Positions 58,311-64,000 of a stretch of 64,000 bases of DNA are shown piece by piece. The stretch is from Carpediemonas membranifera BICM (Eukaryota > Protista > Fornicata). The position numbers and the translations under genes are program-made. Location of the stretch: assembly GCA_019828565.1 (NCBI GenBank), contig JAHDYR010000014.1:124001-188000 (forward strand). Reading direction: 5' to 3'. The first letter of the stretch is position 1. Each line of letters starts with the position of its first letter. The notes beneath the pieces were generated by a model that saw only the letters and a program-made list of their open reading frames with translations, was not told the DNA's origin and did not search any database.

Positions 58311-61300
58311 TCACTTCACCCGGTCAGCAGCCGTCTTCAATGCGGCCTTAAAATGCGCCGCAGTCGGCTTACTCTTGCTCATTGCGACTAAGAGCTCTGA
58401 GGCCCGGACCTTGGGCAACTTTGTGTCCTTGGGGCCCTTCTTTCTGCTCTGCTTCTTGACGACGCTGAGGAAGATGGCAACGTCGGGGAGGCCTGCGAGA
58501 GCGGTGTTGATGGGGTGATCCGTCAGCTCGAGCTTCTTGGATGACGGGTCAGTTTCAACGAGTGCTTCCAGCAGCGACAGGATGCTTTCAGCTAGGTCCT
58601 CGTTGAGCGCACACATCTCCAGGGCAGCACTGAGCTTGGCCAGTCTCTCATCCGATGTGAAGAGCGCTCTGGAGTCGACGGCAGCGGCAATAATGTCAGC
58701 ACCGAACTCCGACCACTTCTCGTTACATAGATCGGCTAGGAAGCAGTCGACGACGACTCCGAGGACTCGCTCGTTCTTGTCACCAGGCGTGTACACCTGT
58801 CGGATGATGGAATCAACCGCTGACTTGACAGCTGGCGTCTCGGTCGCGATAACTGCCTGCATGACACCTGCAGCCTGGCACTGGGTCTTGCTGAACTCGG
58901 CTAGGAGCTGCAGCTGGTGTATGGCCTTTTCGGGCACCCCGGGCGCAGGTGTGCTGGCGAGGAGCTTGACGAGGAACGCGGGAGTGTCGGCATCCGCGAG
59001 CATTTCTATAGGTACCGCTGATATGGCTTCAATGCATGCACTGGCGTCGTGCCCGGCAACAGCTGCCGCCATGATGCGGCGAACAAGGGAGATCGTCCGG
59101 GCCTTGGGCGCTGATAAGCATAAACTGCACAATGCGTTGACAGCGGCGGGATCCGGGGCATCGGTGAGCTCTGAGACTACGGAATCAATGACCGGCACAC
59201 CCTCGACCTTCACATGGGATTGGTTGAGGGCAGAAGCAACCGGGATCTGGGAGACTACAAGACTGAGCAGCTCGAGGGCGATAGTCGAAATGTCGGCTAC
59301 GGCGGGCTCAGCGGCGTGGGCAGCAACGAGCAGCATGGTGTCGAGTCCTAGTCCCTCTACAGGGCTCTCAACGTCGACCAGCTGGGCCAGCCTGGCGTCG
59401 TCCAGTGCAATGTTCCGGGCGATGGCCAGGATGATGGCAGTGCGGTGCATCGCCGTGTTCTTACTGCGGCCCCGGACAGAGGCGGTGGACATGGCCGCGG
59501 AGGGGTACTCGCCCTCAGACTGGTGGAAGAAGGCGTCGGTGGGGCCGAACGTCTTGCTCAGCAGACTCCGGACGAGGGGTATGATGCCCATGGAGACCAT
59601 CTCGTCCATGCAGGCGGGGACGGTGCTGATGCCGGCCACAATGGTCCCGACGGCGACGAGATGATCGATGATCGCCGTACTCATAAGCTCCGGCAGCTTC
59701 TGGCTCAGGGCCGTGAGAGCGGGCGTGTTGTCCGCAGTGGCCGTACCCACGAACTCAGCGACCCTGGCCTCGAACCCGGCCCTCTCCTCGCCCTCCTTGG
59801 GGGCTGTGTAGAAGTGGACCAAGATCTTGGAGGCCTTGCACGCCAGATCCTCGCTGGGGCCGACGAGGTAGTTGACCAGCTTCGGCAGCAGCGGGTGGCC
59901 TTGGACGTGGGCGATAGAGTCGAACCCGACGCCGCCGATACGGATGACGCGCTCGATGGTCGACAGCGCCATGACCACTGGCTTCGGATCAGAGTGGGTG
60001 TAGAGGACAGCGGGCAGCTTGGCGACAATGTCGGGCCGGGTCACAGTCGAGACAGAGCTCGAGGAGAGCACCAGCAGGCATGAGATGGCGTTACGGCAGG
60101 TCTCCGTGTCAGGGGACGTCAGATGCGGGCTCATCATGTCGAGCATCGACTCAACGAAGTCGGGCTGCTGATTACGACGGGACCGCAGAGCGAGGGCCAT
60201 CAAGTGTGTGGCGAACCGCAGAGTCTCGACGTCTGTGTCTGTCCTTAAAATGTACACTAGTTTGGTCAGGGTGTCCAGCTCAATGGCGCCGTTCGTCGCC
60301 CCGCCCGGGAGAGCAATGTTCCTGAGACAGCGACAGGCCGACCTCCGCGCCATGACAGCAGCTGTGGCGTCACCCTCGAGGTCCAGGAGTCTGCTGAGGA
60401 ACCCGACTGGGCCTGGTGCACCGAGCACGGCCCTACCGGCGGAGCATGTGGCGACGGAGGACAGCACGTGGAGGGCGGTGGCCACTGATGACAGTAGCAG
60501 GGGGTCTGTGAGCACGAGAAGGACCTCGTTCTCGGGGACGAAGGACATCACCACGGAAACGGCGTCGCGGTTGGCTTCAGAGACGATGTCGTGCTCGGCG
60601 TCCTCAAGTAGGGATAGCGATGACAGGGAATGCATGGCAAAGACAGCTACGGCGTACGCCACCGGCTTGGCGAGTGCAATCCTGAAGGTGGGACAGCCTT
60701 CCTTGAATTGCCGGAGAATGCCGATCATTAGCTCGATGGCACCCTCGTCATAGGCATCATATGCGATAGCTGACACGCCCTTGGCCTCCTGGTGCTCGAC
60801 AGCGCCTGAAAGCAAAGTGGACAGCAGAGAAACGTCTGTGGCGAATGATAGTGCCTCGTCGGTCACGTCGCCCATGAGACTGCGGGGATAATCCGCAGAT
60901 ATGGATCTGATATGACCAACAAGTGTCTGCCCGACGTTGACGAGGTCAGCGGGAAGCTCGCCCTTGATGGAGGCAAGATATTCAGACATCTGGTCCCTTG
61001 TTTCAATGAGCTGCGCCACAGTCCGGTCGGAGGCAATCACAGTCTTCCTGATGTTCTGCTGGTACTCTATATCAGCTGCATGCTCCCTCGCTGCATTCAG
61101 CTCCTCCCTTTCCGTCTCAGCCATGTCAGCCCGCTGAACGTGTCTCGATAAGAATGATGCGGCTCTCCTGTGTGGTCTATCACCCATTGGTGGGCGCGGT
61201 GACTCGATAGAGAGTCGCCGACCACCCCTGGTGTCGCGGTGTCGCAAGCTATCCTTGACGCTGGCAGGTACGCTCGGGGTACTCCGGGCAGCAAGACTGG

Positions 61301-64000
61301 GCTGGTCGACAGCAACCTGTGGGGGAGGCATCGTTGGCGTCATCGTCTCTGTGCGGGGGCTGGCTGGCATTGAAGAGGGCTCGGGCTCAGACAAGGGTCC
61401 ATGAGCCTCCTTGTACCGCGTGAGCTCATCAAGTGCGGCGGAGAGGTCCTTGCTGAGAGCCTCATGCCTTGCCGTGGCCTCCAATGCCTGCTCCTGCGCC
61501 GTTGTCTTCGTCTCATCGAGCTCCCGTGTCAGACGTGCAATGTGACTGTCGAGAGTCTTCATCTCAGCAGCCGTGCCGCGGGTCTGGGTTAGCAGCTCAT
61601 CCTTAAGCATGATCACCGTGCCAGAGGCTTCCTCCAGAGAGTGCTCCAGCTGCTCCCTCTCCGCGGCCGCACTCGCCATGTCCTCGATAAGACTCTGCTG
61701 ACCCGCATGGGCGTCGGTCTTAGCCTGCACCGTCTCAGCATGCGCAGCGTCGACCTTGGCCCGCATGGAAGCAAGTTCGGCAGCGTGCTCAGCGTACTTC
61801 GACTGGTAGAACTTCGCCTGCTGCTCGAGCTCGGCGGTCAGCTCATGGACTCTGGCCACAGCAGCAGAGTCGGAAGTCTCGCCGGAGTCCTCAAGAGCCC
61901 TAAGAGTCTCCCGGTAGGACTCTGTCTCGGCCTGGGCGGCGGCGAGACTGTCATGTGCGGCCTTGAGCTCGGCCTCAGCTGCTGCCCGCTTCTCTGCCTC
62001 TTGCTGTGTCGCCGCAACGTGGTCCGCGACATCATCCTCGGCGTGGGCGTGGATAGTTCTGAGCTCATTCTCGAGCACAGCAATGCGCTCGTCCACACCG
62101 TCATCACTAGCAGGGGGCGGGGGCGCTGGGGCGGATTGAATGGGAACGCTCCTGGCCATCGCATCAATCTCTGCCTGCTTCTCGGCGACCATGGACTGGG
62201 CAGTGCTCAGCATTCTCTCGAGGCGGTCGATCTTCTCCGATACCTCTCGCTGCTTCTTGGCGTCGTCGAGATCTCTGGCAACAAGCTCATGCTCTAGGGA
62301 AGTGATCCTTTGCATGGCCTCGTCGTCGGTGCTTGACTCAGCCGTCTCATAGCCCTTTAACCGGGCCTCAAGGTCAACTTGGTCTCGGGCCAAACGTCTG
62401 AGGGCGGGCTCGGCGGCTGCGAGCTCAGCCTTGGCCTGATCGAGGTCGCGGGTGGCAGTCTCAACGGCAGCCTCGAGCTCGGCCGACCGCGCTGCTGTCT
62501 TGCGTTCATCGGCGTCGCGGACATCAATCTCGTGCTGAAGCGCAGCGATCTTCTCGGTGGCAGCGTCCTCGCTAGCTGTGAGACGGGAGATCTCCGCTTG
62601 CAACTCGGCCGCAGTCGCACCATCTGACACTACTGGCTGTGCTGGAACATCGGCATCCTTATTACCCTGCTGGGCGCGTAGGGCCTCGTTATCCCGCAGC
62701 GCCTGGTCAAGCTTGGCCTCCAGCTCGGATACGGTATCGGCAAGCTCGGTTGTGCGATCCTCGGCCGCTACAAGCTGGGCATCGGCAGTAGCACGGTTCC
62801 TCGCATCATCTTCATTCAGGGTCTTGACCTCGGCCTCAAGAGCCATGATGCGGGCCTCGTAGTCGTCGATGGTGGCCCTAGACGACTCACCATCTGCACC
62901 ATACTGCTGCAGAAACGCCTGTGCAGCCTGGGCGGCAGCCAGAGCCTGGTCGCGCTCAATAATGGCTGATTTGAGCTGTGTCTTCAGATCTTCGAGATCA
63001 TCAACCGAGATCTCGGGTCTGGACTGGCTTACGCTGGCGGCGTCGGCAACGGCACGGGCAAGAGCTGCGTTGGCCTCGGAAAGAGAGGATTCGAGCGCTG
63101 CAATTCGGGCCGCGGTGTTGGGCTCCTCTCCTTCGCATATGAGGATCTCGTGCTGGAGTGCCGCGATCTTCTCCGCTGCAGAAGCCTCACTGGCGCGAAT
63201 TTCGGCGTACTCGCGTTGTAACTGGTCCATATCGTCAGCAGCAGGCTCTTGGCTAGGGATCTGCCCGCGCTCGGTGGGCATGTCGGCCTCGGCGGCGAGT
63301 CCCTGAGCCACGTTGGTCGACTCGTCGATCTTCTCTTCGAGCTCAGCCAGTGCGCATTCAAGCTGCCTGATTCTCGCCAAATCGCTCGCCCTTGTGTCAT
63401 CAGGACCCCAGTCATCTCTGGTTACCAGCTTGAGTTCCTCCTCAAGAGCGGTGATCCGTTGAACATACTCACACATGGTACCAGCGTCTTCGCTGGACCC
63501 CGCTTGTCTAAGCTGGGCCTGTGCGTGGGCCGCCTCGGCCTCAGCCGACTCTGCCCGAGTCACTAGCTCAGCCAACGAGGCTGGGGTGATATCAGCCCGG
63601 GACTGGGTCAGCTCAGACAGCTCAGACCGGGCATGACGCAGCTCTTTGGTGATTTTTTCGACGGCAGCCTCGAGCTCGGCCGACCGCGCTGCTGTCTTGC
63701 GTTCATCGGCGTCGCGGACATCAATCTCGTGCTGAAGCGCAGCGATCCTCGCGCCAGCTTCATTCTCGCTCGCCTTCAGCCTCTCTACTTCGCTATTAAG
63801 CTCTGTGATCGTTGCCTTAGCCGCGTCATCGGTGCCCACAGCGTCAGGGGGCTGAGTCCGGGCCTCACTGGCGCTGAGCCGGGATCTAAGCTCCTCTGCC
63901 TCTCGATGAGCATGGGCAAGCTGCTCTCTCAGCTCAGCAATCGTGCCCAGCATCTTCTCATCCGTCTGTACTGTCTCGGTCTCGGTGTCATGGCTGGCCT
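58311..64000 (-). CDS. Large coiled-coil plus ARM/HEAT-repeat protein (5' end probably beyond the window)
   Basis: At least 1880 aa, with heptad-rich repeats (IAALQHEI) and a helical-repeat C-half. The frame appears open to the window edge. Confidence 0.7.
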   Translation of the reverse strand, partial: ASHDTETETVQTDEKMLGTIAELREQLAHAHREAEELRSRLSASEARTQPPDAVGTDDAAKATITELNSEVERLKASENEAGARIAALQHEIDVRDADERKTAARSAELEAAVEKITKELRHARSELSELTQSRADITPASLAELVTRAESAEAEAAHAQAQLRQAGSSEDAGTMCEYVQRITALEEELKLVTRDDWGPDDTRASDLARIRQLECALAELEEKIDESTNVAQGLAAEADMPTERGQIPSQEPAADDMDQLQREYAEIRASEASAAEKIAALQHEILICEGEEPNTAARIAALESSLSEANAALARAVADAASVSQSRPEISVDDLEDLKTQLKSAIIERDQALAAAQAAQAFLQQYGADGESSRATIDDYEARIMALEAEVKTLNEDDARNRATADAQLVAAEDRTTELADTVSELEAKLDQALRDNEALRAQQGNKDADVPAQPVVSDGATAAELQAEISRLTASEDAATEKIAALQHEIDVRDADERKTAARSAELEAAVETATRDLDQAKAELAAAEPALRRLARDQVDLEARLKGYETAESSTDDEAMQRITSLEHELVARDLDDAKKQREVSEKIDRLERMLSTAQSMVAEKQAEIDAMARSVPIQSAPAPPPPASDDGVDERIAVLENELRTIHAHAEDDVADHVAATQQEAEKRAAAEAELKAAHDSLAAAQAETESYRETLRALEDSGETSDSAAVARVHELTAELEQQAKFYQSKYAEHAAELASMRAKVDAAHAETVQAKTDAHAGQQSLIEDMASAAAEREQLEHSLEEASGTVIMLKDELLTQTRGTAAEMKTLDSHIARLTRELDETKTTAQEQALEATARHEALSKDLSAALDELTRYKEAHGPLSEPEPSSMPASPRTETMTPTMPPPQVAVDQPSLAARSTPSVPASVKDSLRHRDTRGGRRLSIESPRPPMGDRPHRRAASFLSRHVQRADMAETEREELNAAREHAADIEYQQNIRKTVIASDRTVAQLIETRDQMSEYLASIKGELPADLVNVGQTLVGHIRSISADYPRSLMGDVTDEALSFATDVSLLSTLLSGAVEHQEAKGVSAIAYDAYDEGAIELMIGILRQFKEGCPTFRIALAKPVAYAVAVFAMHSLSSLSLLEDAEHDIVSEANRDAVSVVMSFVPENEVLLVLTDPLLLSSVATALHVLSSVATCSAGRAVLGAPGPVGFLSRLLDLEGDATAAVMARRSACRCLRNIALPGGATNGAIELDTLTKLVYILRTDTDVETLRFATHLMALALRSRRNQQPDFVESMLDMMSPHLTSPDTETCRNAISCLLVLSSSSVSTVTRPDIVAKLPAVLYTHSDPKPVVMALSTIERVIRIGGVGFDSIAHVQGHPLLPKLVNYLVGPSEDLACKASKILVHFYTAPKEGEERAGFEARVAEFVGTATADNTPALTALSQKLPELMSTAIIDHLVAVGTIVAGISTVPACMDEMVSMGIIPLVRSLLSKTFGPTDAFFHQSEGEYPSAAMSTASVRGRSKNTAMHRTAIILAIARNIALDDARLAQLVDVESPVEGLGLDTMLLVAAHAAEPAVADISTIALELLSLVVSQIPVASALNQSHVKVEGVPVIDSVVSELTDAPDPAAVNALCSLCLSAPKARTISLVRRIMAAAVAGHDASACIEAISAVPIEMLADADTPAFLVKLLASTPAPGVPEKAIHQLQLLAEFSKTQCQAAGVMQAVIATETPAVKSAVDSIIRQVYTPGDKNERVLGVVVDCFLADLCNEKWSEFGADIIAAAVDSRALFTSDERLAKLSAALEMCALNEDLAESILSLLEALVETDPSSKKLELTDHPINTALAGLPDVAIFLSVVKKQSRKKGPKDTKLPKVRASELLVAMSKSKPTAAHFKAALKTAADRVK

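Overview
Gene-dense eukaryotic (protist) DNA with tiny 28-34 nt GT-AG introns and a tRNA-Val(GAC). A fornicate/metamonad source is my inference only. Host genes: HMG-box protein, SLC35 transporter, C11orf65/MFI-like IQ protein, MKT1, EFHC1/Rib72, an inverted duplicate pair of ALDH16-type genes around a DHHC palmitoyltransferase and a CANT1-type apyrase, two TmcB-like membrane proteins (one with an N-terminal PocR-like sensor), a prominin-like protein, an EEP hydrolase and a coiled-coil/ARM protein. Accessory DNA holds five LTR retrotransposons with very short LTRs (63-112 bp): four Ty3/Gypsy elements with integrase chromodomains plus one 5' remnant (E2). One is solo (E1) and four are nested (E2>E3>E4>E5). 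Main observations: (1) all four visible 5' LTRs are followed by a 10-12 bp perfect palindrome instead of a tRNA primer-binding site, with different sequence but conserved symmetry; (2) E3 carries an antisense, intron-containing accessory gene ending in a chromodomain-like module; (3) a Fanzor/TnpB C-terminal remnant lies between two LTR-like repeats, with a 22-nt LTR-matching sequence downstream; (4) a decayed zone contains many (TAAGG)n telomere-like tracts; (5) a multi-hairpin candidate RNA lies beside the tRNA. Many single-base frameshifts fall in homopolymers and are probably sequencing errors. All family calls come from reading motifs; no searches were run.
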